This document shows, in pieces, positions 1 through 9,577 of a stretch of DNA of 64,000 nucleotides. The translations under genes were made by a program, and so were the position numbers. Below the pieces are notes generated by a model, which was not told where the DNA came from, ran no database searches, and worked only from the letters and a program-made list of their open reading frames with translations. This stretch comes from Candidatus Freyarchaeum deiterrae (lineage in GTDB: Archaea > Asgardarchaeota > Jordiarchaeia > Jordiarchaeales > Jordiarchaeaceae), in the NCBI GenBank assembly GCA_037305845.1, contig CP147778.1, forward strand, positions 2,272,001 through 2,336,000, given 5' to 3'. Positions within the stretch are counted from its first letter, which is position 1, and every line of letters begins with the position of its first letter.

Positions 1-86
1 AGCCTGTTGATATTACCCCTTAGCGATGCGATTATCTCATCCTTGTCCTTTGGCCTTTTTCCAAAAAGTATATCCTTAAAGCTCAT
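1..86 (-). CDS. 5' end of a gene running off the window; probable second ESCRT-III/Snf7-family protein
   Basis: Manual translation from ATG at 86: MSFKDILFGKRPKDKDEIIASLRGNINR. GAGGAG SD upstream. The 'LFGK' N-terminal amphipathic start is typical of Snf7-family proteins. Only 28 codons are visible. Confidence 0.5.
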   Translation of the reverse strand, partial: MSFKDILFGKRPKDKDEIIASLRGNINR

Positions 87-180
87 ATTATTCTCCTCTA
101 TGCTAATTCACTCATAGATTTTCTACTAATATAATGATTTAAATCATTTATTAAATTCTCCCCTTTAGGCATTTCATATC

Positions 181-1248
181 CTATCCGTATATACGGCTTA
201 TTTCTCTTTTTCTAGTCTCTATGAATTCGATAAATTCTTCTAGTGAGGGATCCTCCTCAGCCTCTTCAGAAACTAATTCCGCCATACTGATTAATGAAGC
301 TGCTACATGTGTACGAGCAGGCTCAGATTTTATTTCAGGCTTAATAAGCGATACTATTCTTTTTTCGAAGTCTTTTAACGTAAGAACCTTATCCACAAGT
401 AACATAAAAGATTCTGTTATTCCCTTCTCTAATTCCTGTTTCTCATCCAATACTCCATTCGCTGCAAGATTTTTAAGCGCGGGGCTCACAATATCCCTCC
501 TAAACCAATCAAAGAGTACACCCTTTTTACTGGAAGGTGGAAGAAAGCTTGAAACAGGGGAACTAATGGTTTTTGGTTCTTTCTTAGCGTATTCCGCCAC
601 TTTATTAGTATTTAAAGTTTTAATAGTTTCCATCGCAGCTAGTATTAGAGAGGTCACCCCTAAAACAACTTCTCTCCTACTGTAGTGTTCTAACATTTTT
701 TTAAGAGCCTGTGAAGTTTCTTCAAAAGAAACGCCCCCCGATATAAACGATTTAAAAAGCTCCAAAATCATACCTCTTGTCTCAAGAGCTTCACTAAAGC
801 TAACACTATCCAGAGTTAAAATTCGATACGCCGAGTCTAAAACCTGTTTATCAAACCATCTCACCACTATATACTCCTCTGTTAACCTCTTCAGATCTTC
901 TGGAACAAGTTTCTCCTCGGTATCTTCTAAAGCGCTACATAGTTGCGAGGCGAAGGTTTCAAAAACTGAAGATACGTAAGCACGTAGCGTTTCATCCAGT
1001 TTAAGCCTTGATAACATCTTATCGACGTTTTTTTGAAACTGGGATTTGGAACCTTTTCTTTCTAAGTAGTTTTTGAAATGTGGGAATATTTCATCCTTCA
1101 TTAGTTGGGATTCTTCAGGAGTCAGATTAGTTGTGATGTTGTCTAGAACACCGAAAACTACATAGTCAAAAAACTCTCTTAAAATTTTCAAATTTTTTTC
1201 CGAATCAAAAATGGCGACCATGGTTGGCTTCACCGGAGGGTCATTCAA
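181..1248 (-). CDS. Hypothetical helical protein (355 aa)
   Basis: Long ORF overlapping the ATPase stop (translational coupling). No family recognised. Confidence 0.75.
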   Translation of the reverse strand: MNDPPVKPTMVAIFDSEKNLKILREFFDYVVFGVLDNITTNLTPEESQLMKDEIFPHFKNYLERKGSKSQFQKNVDKMLSRLKLDETLRAYVSSVFETFASQLCSALEDTEEKLVPEDLKRLTEEYIVVRWFDKQVLDSAYRILTLDSVSFSEALETRGMILELFKSFISGGVSFEETSQALKKMLEHYSRREVVLGVTSLILAAMETIKTLNTNKVAEYAKKEPKTISSPVSSFLPPSSKKGVLFDWFRRDIVSPALKNLAANGVLDEKQELEKGITESFMLLVDKVLTLKDFEKRIVSLIKPEIKSEPARTHVAASLISMAELVSEEAEEDPSLEEFIEFIETRKREISRIYG

Positions 1249-4200
1249 TTAGTGATCTTTGCAGCTGCTCAATTTTTTCAATGGTTTTTCTTTTTAGAAA
1301 AATGTATTCGTCCTCAGCCATCCTGCCTAATTCATAGTATTCCTGCAAACTCTTTAGATATTTGTTGAATTTCTGTATCTCCTTAATGCTTTTTTCCTGT
1401 TCTATCTGCTTGTTAGTTTTCTCCTCTATCTCTGGTGTTTCCGTTTTCATAACCACTGGTGCTTCTAAAGGTTCCTGAAGTTCTGGTTCAATGTTTTCCT
1501 CGGCTTTAATACTGGGTCTGGGTGGTGGAGTGGGTAATTCCGGAAGTTTTTCAACCTTGGCTTTCTCTAGTAACTGTTTGGGTTTCGGCTTCGGATGCTT
1601 TCGGGGTGCTATTTTTAAATTATTAACTACGCTTTTTAGTGATGAAATTATACCTGTTGCTTCGCTCCTTTGAGCTGATGTAGATAAAATAAGAATTACT
1701 GTACTATCCTCGGTTTCTACAACTCCTAATGAAACCCGCGATTTGTCCTTGGAGCCTAAAATCACCGGTACACCCTTTGCAGCGTTTATTTGAGGTTGCC
1801 ATCCATCTTCCTTTAATTTGCTATAAACATCACGGATAACTTCAACGCTATCCGCTTGTGACAATATTTTTTCGACGGCGGTTTCCATTTTTGGGACTGG
1901 ATACAAATGATTGTAGAATCCATAGTCCAAAACCCGTTTTATGTAATTAGCGGCTAAATCGTTTGATAAACCGAGTACTGGTGGAGAAGGAATTGTTATA
2001 TCTGGGGCTATTTCAACCACTTCTTCTTCTACTACTACCCCCTCCGGAGACTCTGTGGCTTCTGTTTCGGATACTTTTTCTATTTTCTCAGTGGTCTCCT
2101 CAATTTTTTCCGGAGTAACGATAGATTTCGATGGAGTTGATGCAAGTTCCTCAACCATTTTGGGAAGCGCTTCCCGACCGGAATGCTGACTTAGTCTCGG
2201 CCTGATTTTAACCACGAGGGCACGGCTACTAGTGATTGATTCGTCTGAAACAATCGTGGTTCCAATTGGAATATTACGCAGAAATCCTGAGTCCTTTATC
2301 TCCTCAGGAATCTCTTTAGGTGATCTCTTTGTAAAAGCAATAATGTCTGGTTCATATGACAAATAATGTGTTATCAGTATATCTATTTGAGATAAAACTC
2401 GATTGTCTGTAGCTGAGGGTTGCTGGGTTACCAGTACCAAGCCACAACCCGGTTTTCTTCCGAGCTTGGTAAACTCGATTAGGGGATCAGAGGCTGCGGT
2501 GACCCCTCTGGAAGGAACGAGTAAGTGTGCTTCATCAATCATCAACCAGGTCACTGGAATCTCCGCTTCAACTTTCTCATTTGATGCTTCTCTCAGTTGG
2601 GCGGCTTCCTCTGTTCTTGAAATCTGTAACCTCACCCTGAGAATTCTTCGCGCCAGTATGCCAATAACTAGAGCACGCAAGCTATCATCTAGATTGCTTA
2701 CATCTATAACAGATATTTGATTTGGAACTGCCAATTGCATTAAGCTGGTTCCTTTATCTGAGAAAATTCCCCACTGTTTTGCCGAAGAGAATCTCGCAAC
2801 AAACGCTCTTCGTGTATCGCGTCTAAACCCTTTATCTTCGGATATAATCTCCGAAGAAGTTTCAACACATTTAATTAAATCATCTATAGTGTAGATGTCT
2901 CCCTTACCCGTAATGTTTAACTCTTGGTCATCGGTCATAGCCTTGTAGCCGTTTTTAACTTTTTCAATAACCTGTTCAGTTAAAAGGCCTAACGTGCTAA
3001 ATCTATCTATACTAAAGGTATGACACCAATCATCGGCCGATAGCTCCGAGGGCTTTAACGAGAAGGCGGCGTCTTTCGTTTGTTCTGGAACTCTATCATA
3101 GAAGCCTATAGGGACAAAAACCTTTACGTTACTAAAACCCTTAGTTGTGAGTTCCCATTTTTCAAGTGTTTCTAACTCTCTTTTATCCCAATTGGGGTAC
3201 TTCATGCTCCAAAATATTCCCATAGGGTCAACAATAATCGTCGCAATTCCTAATTCTGACTCCGCCAACTCTTCTGCGATAACACCCATAGTATAAGATT
3301 TTCCAGATCCTCTATGACCGCTTATAAATATGACATGGGGAGTCACTCCATCTAAGAGAACTTTACAACCAAGTAAGCCGTTATCTTCACTCCTTTTCTC
3401 TCCCACGCGGCCAATGTACATTGTTCCTTTACAGCCTAATTTAGTCTGGGTCACTTTGCTTCTTCCCAAAATAACCGATTCACCTAAACTATCCATAAGT
3501 ACACTAATTGGAGTATCCACTATTGTTGGTGATTCAACACTAGTACCTTTTTCAAAGTTTATTATACCTGCTTCACCATTAATGTAGGCTAGTGCTCGCC
3601 ACAAATCTTTCAAATTGTTCGGATCAGTTTGTTCGGCTATATGCTTTCTAAGATTAGGCTGTTTAGGGTATCTATCAGCATCAAAACCTGACAAGTCCCA
3701 TAATAGAAAATCAACAGTTTCTTTATTTGAGAACCCATTGTAGGGTTTTACTGCATTCAAAGCTTTTTCCAGGTATTCCATCCTATCGGTGGCCATGAGC
3801 AGAAGGAGAAATACCTCAACGCGTTTATCAACATCAATTAGGCTTACTAGTTCAACCATCTTGTCAAGAAGTTTATCATCCGCGTTGTATCTGTAACCTT
3901 CGTACAGAATTTTTATAATTTGGAAGTCTGGTGATTCCTGAGTCGAAGCGTATCTGACAGCGGAATCCAGAGATTTTTGAATCTCCCCCTTTTCGGTTTC
4001 TTTTAATATGGTTCGGAAGGCGTGAACGATTGAAGCAGCAGCTTCGTTGTCAATTTCGCCAGAGTCCGAAATCCAAGCTCCAGAATCTGACTGAATAGAA
4101 ACCAGTTGTCCAACGAGGCTGTCCACTTGTTCTAGAAAAGTTTTGTTTCCAGTAACCCTATTTGCGATAATATAACAGTTTAAAAGGTAGGCTTTTTCTC

Positions 4201-4282
4201 TGGTGGTGACTGGTTTCGCCAGAGAGACTTTCTGTAACATGTCCACTAGTGATGAACATAAAGGTCTTCCCCTACTTAACAA
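1241..4282 (-). CDS. HerA/FtsK-like (DUF87) P-loop ATPase with N-terminal helical domain and SHOCT/CdvA-like C-terminal tail
   Basis: Walker A GHRGSGKS, Walker B LMIDEAH, GRKPG arginine finger and VTQQPS motif. Tail LQEYYELGRMAEDEYIFLKRK. Confidence 0.85.
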   Translation of the reverse strand: MLSRGRPLCSSLVDMLQKVSLAKPVTTREKAYLLNCYIIANRVTGNKTFLEQVDSLVGQLVSIQSDSGAWISDSGEIDNEAAASIVHAFRTILKETEKGEIQKSLDSAVRYASTQESPDFQIIKILYEGYRYNADDKLLDKMVELVSLIDVDKRVEVFLLLLMATDRMEYLEKALNAVKPYNGFSNKETVDFLLWDLSGFDADRYPKQPNLRKHIAEQTDPNNLKDLWRALAYINGEAGIINFEKGTSVESPTIVDTPISVLMDSLGESVILGRSKVTQTKLGCKGTMYIGRVGEKRSEDNGLLGCKVLLDGVTPHVIFISGHRGSGKSYTMGVIAEELAESELGIATIIVDPMGIFWSMKYPNWDKRELETLEKWELTTKGFSNVKVFVPIGFYDRVPEQTKDAAFSLKPSELSADDWCHTFSIDRFSTLGLLTEQVIEKVKNGYKAMTDDQELNITGKGDIYTIDDLIKCVETSSEIISEDKGFRRDTRRAFVARFSSAKQWGIFSDKGTSLMQLAVPNQISVIDVSNLDDSLRALVIGILARRILRVRLQISRTEEAAQLREASNEKVEAEIPVTWLMIDEAHLLVPSRGVTAASDPLIEFTKLGRKPGCGLVLVTQQPSATDNRVLSQIDILITHYLSYEPDIIAFTKRSPKEIPEEIKDSGFLRNIPIGTTIVSDESITSSRALVVKIRPRLSQHSGREALPKMVEELASTPSKSIVTPEKIEETTEKIEKVSETEATESPEGVVVEEEVVEIAPDITIPSPPVLGLSNDLAANYIKRVLDYGFYNHLYPVPKMETAVEKILSQADSVEVIRDVYSKLKEDGWQPQINAAKGVPVILGSKDKSRVSLGVVETEDSTVILILSTSAQRSEATGIISSLKSVVNNLKIAPRKHPKPKPKQLLEKAKVEKLPELPTPPPRPSIKAEENIEPELQEPLEAPVVMKTETPEIEEKTNKQIEQEKSIKEIQKFNKYLKSLQEYYELGRMAEDEYIFLKRKTIEKIEQLQRSLIE

Positions 4283-4331
4283 GAGTGTTTCCCCACACCT
4301 TTTCTGTATTGAAATATGAAAAGAAGAAGCC

Positions 4332-4946
4332 TTAAAGTTCTTCTTTCAATTTCTTAATATCTTTTTCCAGTTCTTCAACTTTTCCGCTAGGTGCTGACGG
4401 GAGCTTTACTCCGGTTTCGACACTTATTTCTTGGTCGATCTCAGAGATAGTAGCTGCGACTTCTTGAGATGTGACTTCTGTGCTAACTGTCATCTTCTCC
4501 ATTCCAGCCTCAAGAACATCTTGACGAACGTCGAATTCTTGCATAATGCTGTCTATTTCCTCAGCGTTTTTAGCAATGTCTTCTGGGAGCTTGACAGCTT
4601 CTTCGAGTCCCTTAAGGGCTTCTCTTACACCCGATATTGTGCTGGCGACGTCAGCTACGGATTCGCTCTGACGGAGTCTAATTACCATACCCTGAATTTT
4701 GAGGCGATAAGAATCTGTTGCTAAAGCCCACTTATTGTACCTTATATAATGTTCGGCGTACATTTTGGCTCCTTCGGCGTTTCCTCTAAGCCTATATTTC
4801 TTAGCATCTTCTCTGTTTTTTCTGGCTTCTCTCTCCAGCTGTTTTTTCTGGTATTCAAGGCGGCGAGTGAAAACATCAAGTTTGTAAACCACTTCTTTTA
4901 TCTTCGGTCCTCCCTTAAGCCAACTTGAGAATTTTCTAAGCGCCAT
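4332..4946 (-). CDS. ESCRT-III (Snf7 family, Vps2/24/46 class, CHMP1-like)
   Basis: GNAEGAKMYAEHYIR resembles CHMP1 GNMEVARIHAENAIR. Basic N-half, acidic C-half, MIM2-like LPSAP and MIM1-like terminal helix. Start taken at ATG 4946. Confidence 0.85.
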   Translation of the reverse strand: MALRKFSSWLKGGPKIKEVVYKLDVFTRRLEYQKKQLEREARKNREDAKKYRLRGNAEGAKMYAEHYIRYNKWALATDSYRLKIQGMVIRLRQSESVADVASTISGVREALKGLEEAVKLPEDIAKNAEEIDSIMQEFDVRQDVLEAGMEKMTVSTEVTSQEVAATISEIDQEISVETGVKLPSAPSGKVEELEKDIKKLKEEL

Positions 4947-5078
4947 ACAAAACACCAATCCCTTTTTTGATATTTTTCTAATTCTTTATTTTACCTAATA
5001 GAAGATTCCAGATGGTAGCATATAATACTTTCTTAATGTGCATTCCTCTGTTTTAAAAAGCAGTGAAAATTAAGCCGT

Positions 5079-5702
5079 TTAAAACCCGAAAATGCGGTCC
5101 AATTTCTCATGAACGAGAAAAATACAGTGGCTTCCCAAGTATTCCTTAGGCCCCAGACTTAAAGGCTTGATACCTTTTTCCTTCAAGTATTCAATATCAT
5201 TTTGACTAAACCCAATATGATCCCCCAGTATAAATACAAGCTGCGGCTTTTCTACATTTTGAAACTCGCTAAAAGTTTTGTTAAAATCAGCACCAGACTG
5301 GTGGAGATAGTAAATTTTGGATATAATCGCCTGTTCTTCTACCAGCTCTCGGAAGCCTTTGCTTATTAATCGAAATCCGGGAGGAAACAATTCTTTCTTG
5401 GGGTCTAACATATCTTTTAGTACTAAACCCACTTGAAGTTCATCTCTTGGCAACTCTTCAATTTTTCCTCCATTCACTTCAATCACGAGCGTTGGCCGTG
5501 GGGGGCCTTCAAGCACAGCATAAAAAACGGTGTCCACCCTGTGGGTATTTGATAGAAGCAGGGCGGATAGAATACATCTACAGACTAAATCCATTCTCCC
5601 TGATGTACCAGGTAAGTCCTTAATCGTGAACCTATTATCGGTATGGGCGATGCTCGCTTTAAGAATAAACACTCTCTTCAAAAGATTTTCACCCAAAAGC
5701 AA
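5079..5702 (-). CDS. trmY: tRNA (pseudouridine54-N1)-methyltransferase (SPOUT)
   Basis: DLPGTSGRMDLVCRCI, FILGDHIG and SLGP motifs. The true start may be a few codons downstream. Confidence 0.9.
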   Translation of the reverse strand: MLLGENLLKRVFILKASIAHTDNRFTIKDLPGTSGRMDLVCRCILSALLLSNTHRVDTVFYAVLEGPPRPTLVIEVNGGKIEELPRDELQVGLVLKDMLDPKKELFPPGFRLISKGFRELVEEQAIISKIYYLHQSGADFNKTFSEFQNVEKPQLVFILGDHIGFSQNDIEYLKEKGIKPLSLGPKEYLGSHCIFLVHEKLDRIFGF

Positions 5703-6651
5703 TTATTGCCTCGTAAATCATTTGAACTGATATGAGGATTAGGACTAGACCAAAAATTTTTCTAAGAAGGTTGGGCGATATCCTCATCGCTATTCTAACG
5801 CCTATCTGAGCTCCAATTACCGCTCCAATCATCATAACAATGCCGATTTGCCAATTCACTTGTCCTAACATAACATGCTCGAAGGATCCAACTAATGACG
5901 TAAAAATAATTATGAACACCGAAGTAGCCACTGAGACAATCATGGGAACCCCGAGAGCAATATTCAATACCGGCACCTGAACAATTCCTCCCCCTATTCC
6001 TAATAGCCCAGATACAAGTCCCGCCACAAAAGAGAACGCTAAACCCAAAGGTACATTCACAAAGTACTCATAGCTTTCACCGTTTGCCACTTTAATCGTT
6101 CGTTTCCAACTCAGAATACCTCTCTTTATTATTTTCTTCTCTTCTTTAACGGCTTCCTGAGGACTATTCGGATTAGATCTTCTCCCACCACTTCTAAAAA
6201 GCATATTAATTCCAACTACAACAAGCGCCACCCCAAAAATTGCTTCGAGTATATTTCCTGGAACCCATCCGGTCAAATACGCTCCAAGGAAGCCACCGGG
6301 AACAGATGCTACTGCTAGCACCAAACCCAATTTATAATCTATAACTCTTTTACGAGCATATTCAACGGTACCAGAAGACGAAGTGAATACGATAATGAAT
6401 AAACTGGTTCCTATAGCCACATTTATTGGCTCATTTGCTACATACTGAATTGCTGGAACATTTAGAAATCCACCCCCAATACCAAACATGGGCCCAATTA
6501 TCCCAGTAAAAAAAGATGTTCCACCCAGCAGTGGATAAAGCCACCAGTTACTACCACTATTGAGAAGGAGGTACAAAAGCCACCAATCCAAGTTATCATA
6601 CTCCAAATAATTGAACCAACTAAGAGGAACCAGTATAAAACAATTTCTCAC
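5689..6651 (-). CDS. TauE/SafE-family sulfite exporter
   Basis: Two GIGGG repeats (FGIGGGFLNVP, LGIGGGIVQVP) and multiple TM helices. Confidence 0.88.
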   Translation of the reverse strand: MRNCFILVPLSWFNYLEYDNLDWWLLYLLLNSGSNWWLYPLLGGTSFFTGIIGPMFGIGGGFLNVPAIQYVANEPINVAIGTSLFIIVFTSSSGTVEYARKRVIDYKLGLVLAVASVPGGFLGAYLTGWVPGNILEAIFGVALVVVGINMLFRSGGRRSNPNSPQEAVKEEKKIIKRGILSWKRTIKVANGESYEYFVNVPLGLAFSFVAGLVSGLLGIGGGIVQVPVLNIALGVPMIVSVATSVFIIIFTSLVGSFEHVMLGQVNWQIGIVMMIGAVIGAQIGVRIAMRISPNLLRKIFGLVLILISVQMIYEAIIAFG

Positions 6652-6819
6652 CTACTGTTTATGTAAAATATATCCGTAAAAACCCTCCCTAAAAACTGAA
6701 CGTTCTCCAAAAACATAATTTGGCTACAAGTAACTTTATTATGTGAGAGATAAGAATAAATAGTTCGTTTAGTTTTACTTGTCTAGATTCAAAATAAATG
6801 AATTAGTGAAGTGAGTATT

Positions 6820-7129
6820 TTGCCGCAAAAACGTAAAAGTCGTGGAAGAGCCAAAGGAAGCGCTGGAAAGAAATCACTCGTCCAATGCTCCGGGTGTGGG
6901 GCCATGGTGCCTCGCGATGTCAATTTGCTCAATTGAGCAAGTACGCGATAAGGCTAAGCGTGTGACCCGATACACCACATTGGTTGATCCAATGATCGGT
7001 CGAGAATTAAGACAGCAGGGAGCATACATTCCAAGAACTAGAGAAATCAAGGTATACTGCATCAACTGTGCTGTTCACAGAAAATTGACTCGGGTAAGAC
7101 CAAAGGAAGATAGAAGAGACAGAAGATAA
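6820..7129 (+). CDS. rps26e: 30S ribosomal protein S26e, two exons (6820-6918 and 6950-7129), 92 aa after splicing
   Basis: TTG at 6820 gives MPQKRKSRGRAKGSAGKKSLVQCSGCGAMVPRD. The downstream frame gives KAKRVTRY...YCINCAVHRKLTRVRPKEDRR. Removing 31 nt restores the conserved PRDKA motif. Confidence 0.93.
6919..6949 (+). other. Putative 31-nt bulge-helix-bulge mRNA intron in rps26e
   Basis: GCCT-CGCG-[ATG]-stem-loop-CGCG-[ATA]-AGGC. Cutting after the 2nd nt of each bulge gives CCT CGC GAT AAG GCT. Confidence 0.88.
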
Positions 7130-7183
7130 ACAAGAAAATGTCGCTCTTAGGTAAAACCGGTTAACCCATTAAGGGGAGAGGCT

Positions 7184-8074
7184 TTGCTTAACCTAGTGGT
7201 TATTGGGCATATTGCAAAGGATACAATAATTCGAAATGGCTCCAAAACCTACTCGATTGGCGGGCCTCCTTTTTATGCTGGAATAGCTGCGAGAAAAATG
7301 GGGGGAAAAGTGGGTATAGTTTCTAAAATAGGCCGAGACTTGGATGACGCGTCTTTGTCCGTTTTTAAAGAAACGGGAATTCAAACATCTATAAAAAAAA
7401 CAAATGGTTTGACAACAAACTTCGAACTCGAGTACCTGCCTGAAGGCAGAAGATTAAAATTGAAAGAGAGATGCGAGCCTATCTTATTTGAAGACGTTCC
7501 CAAACACTTTTTACGAGCGGGCTCTCTACTCGTCAGCCCTATAGCAGGAGAAATTTCAACGGATTTTATGGAAAAAATCTCTCGAAAAACAGATTCCATA
7601 TTAGCCATTGACGCACAGGGCTTTGTTCGCAAGTTTGATGACCAAGGAAATGTGTATTTTGATGTTTGGAGGGAAGGCGAAGACATTCTTCCTCTTGTGG
7701 ATATTGCCAAATTTTCAAAACGTGAAGCACTAACCGCTATGGACTGCGATAGCATTCATGACGCTGCCCAAAAAATTTTGAATTTTGGCCCAGAAATCGT
7801 TATAATAACGCTTGGTGAGGAGGGAGTTCTGATAAGAGGAAAGGAAAACCTTTCCATCACTCCCAAGACTACCCCTGAAAAAGTAATAGACACTACCGGC
7901 GCAGGAGACATATTCTTCGGAGTATTTCTTCTTGAATATTCCCTGACAAAAAACGTAAAAACTTCTGGAAATATAGCGACCATCGCAGCCTCAAAATCTA
8001 CTGAGGGAAAGGGGATGTCACGGTTTATAACAAGAGATATGATTGAAAATGATTCATTCCAAAATGTAGACTAG
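7184..8074 (+). CDS. PfkB-family carbohydrate kinase
   Basis: GG motif near the N-terminus and DTTGAGDIF signature. Confidence 0.9.
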   Translation: MLNLVVIGHIAKDTIIRNGSKTYSIGGPPFYAGIAARKMGGKVGIVSKIGRDLDDASLSVFKETGIQTSIKKTNGLTTNFELEYLPEGRRLKLKERCEPILFEDVPKHFLRAGSLLVSPIAGEISTDFMEKISRKTDSILAIDAQGFVRKFDDQGNVYFDVWREGEDILPLVDIAKFSKREALTAMDCDSIHDAAQKILNFGPEIVIITLGEEGVLIRGKENLSITPKTTPEKVIDTTGAGDIFFGVFLLEYSLTKNVKTSGNIATIAASKSTEGKGMSRFITRDMIENDSFQNVD

Positions 8075-8173
8075 AATTTTAATAGAAAAAAATTAGGGGA
8101 CTCCTATTCAATAAATTCAAGGAAAGGTTAATCGAATAATAAATGATTTTTAATTGCTGCTTTAGATGAGTCC

Positions 8174-9301
8174 TTATTCTACGGGTTGTATCTTGCCTAA
8201 TATTCCAAAAGCGGGGCATCCTGGAATAAAGATTCCCTTATCCTTATGTTCCTGTGTGCAGTCTCCTATGATGTACGTTCTACCCTCTAGTTTTTCTGGT
8301 ACTTTTGCATCCTGCCCTATTACCATATTAATTTTTCCCACTTTTTCTATGAGTCCATGTTTTCTAAGCCTATCCAGCTCTACTCTGGCCCAAGCCAAGC
8401 AACCTTCATTACACGCGCATCCAACGTAAACCTCTACGTTCGGATAAATGCCCATTACATCCGTTGATGGTCTCTTAAAATTCCTCCGGACTTCACTAAT
8501 ACTCGCTCCTCTTACTTCTATTTTATTCAAGTCCATTTCTCCCAGTCTCCGAAGGGCAGCCAGTCTTATATGAGGAATTTCACCAGGCTCAAAGCCCATG
8601 ATACTTGACGCTACAGCATCTACAGATACCACATCTGTTCCCGCAATAACCAGACCCATATCCAATGCATCTCCGTAGGTAGGTCCCTGTCCCTCAAACG
8701 CGATTAGACCGTCAATTATTGCTAGGGCGGGTTTTGCCGCTAGCGTTACGTCCACAACCTTCTGGTGGATATCCGTCCTGTGATAAATCTGTTTTTCTTC
8801 AGGGGTTAATAGACCGATCTGATTTTTAATCGCTAAGCTGACTCTGCACATGGTATGAGTTTTTAATTTTGGCACTGTTATGAACTTGTTGCAATCCAGT
8901 AGAACTTTTGGGAGTTTAATGGTGTTCATTAATTTTGCCTTGGGGGACTCTATCTCTAGATATTCCTCCTCGTCCAAGTAAACAGCCTCAGCGCCCTCCT
9001 CTTCCACTACCGTTTGCGTTCCTGTAACTTCGAAAGCTTTTCTGGACTTGTAAAAGAAGAAGGGAGCATCTCCAACTTTTATCTGGCTAGCTCCCGCCTC
9101 TCTCACCAGTTGAATCACCGCCCTAACTACTTCTGGGTCAGTGGTTGCACCGGATTCTTTGGCAAGGGGAACAACCAGGTTTGGTTTTATGAAAACCTTG
9201 TCTCCTTTTCTCACAATTTTTTTGATTCCGCCTATGAGGTCTACCGCATTTCGAACAGCATCTGCTGCTGTTTCACTCTTTACAATTGACACTACTGGCA
9301 T
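8174..9301 (-). CDS. DUF362-family Fe-S protein
   Basis: IKPNLV, TTDPEVV, PKLKTH and EGQGP motifs, plus C-terminal Cys motifs. Confidence 0.85.
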   Translation of the reverse strand: MPVVSIVKSETAADAVRNAVDLIGGIKKIVRKGDKVFIKPNLVVPLAKESGATTDPEVVRAVIQLVREAGASQIKVGDAPFFFYKSRKAFEVTGTQTVVEEEGAEAVYLDEEEYLEIESPKAKLMNTIKLPKVLLDCNKFITVPKLKTHTMCRVSLAIKNQIGLLTPEEKQIYHRTDIHQKVVDVTLAAKPALAIIDGLIAFEGQGPTYGDALDMGLVIAGTDVVSVDAVASSIMGFEPGEIPHIRLAALRRLGEMDLNKIEVRGASISEVRRNFKRPSTDVMGIYPNVEVYVGCACNEGCLAWARVELDRLRKHGLIEKVGKINMVIGQDAKVPEKLEGRTYIIGDCTQEHKDKGIFIPGCPAFGILGKIQPVE

Positions 9302-9577
9302 GGAGTTTCCCTCTAATTGTAGCTAATATATTACAAAGGGAAAACACTTAAAAAAAATTCGGTAAAAAGTCCCATTATATAATCCATTTTAATGGCGATG
9401 GAAAATAAAAATTTATATTAAACCCCAATGATTTAACTCCAACAAAAAGAAAGAGCTTAACAAGCGCTCATCAAATATTTAATTTATCAATTCAAAGCCC
9501 ATTTAGTTTATGTTGAATACTCTAAGCAAAAGATGTATTTTAAGTTGCAAAACTACTGAGTTTTAGCTGGTGATTGA

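Noticed and set aside
6842-6949. ORF-track N-terminus MEEPKEALERN... for the S26e ORF
   Set aside because: Wrong frame; the real S26e N-terminus is in the frame starting at TTG 6820.
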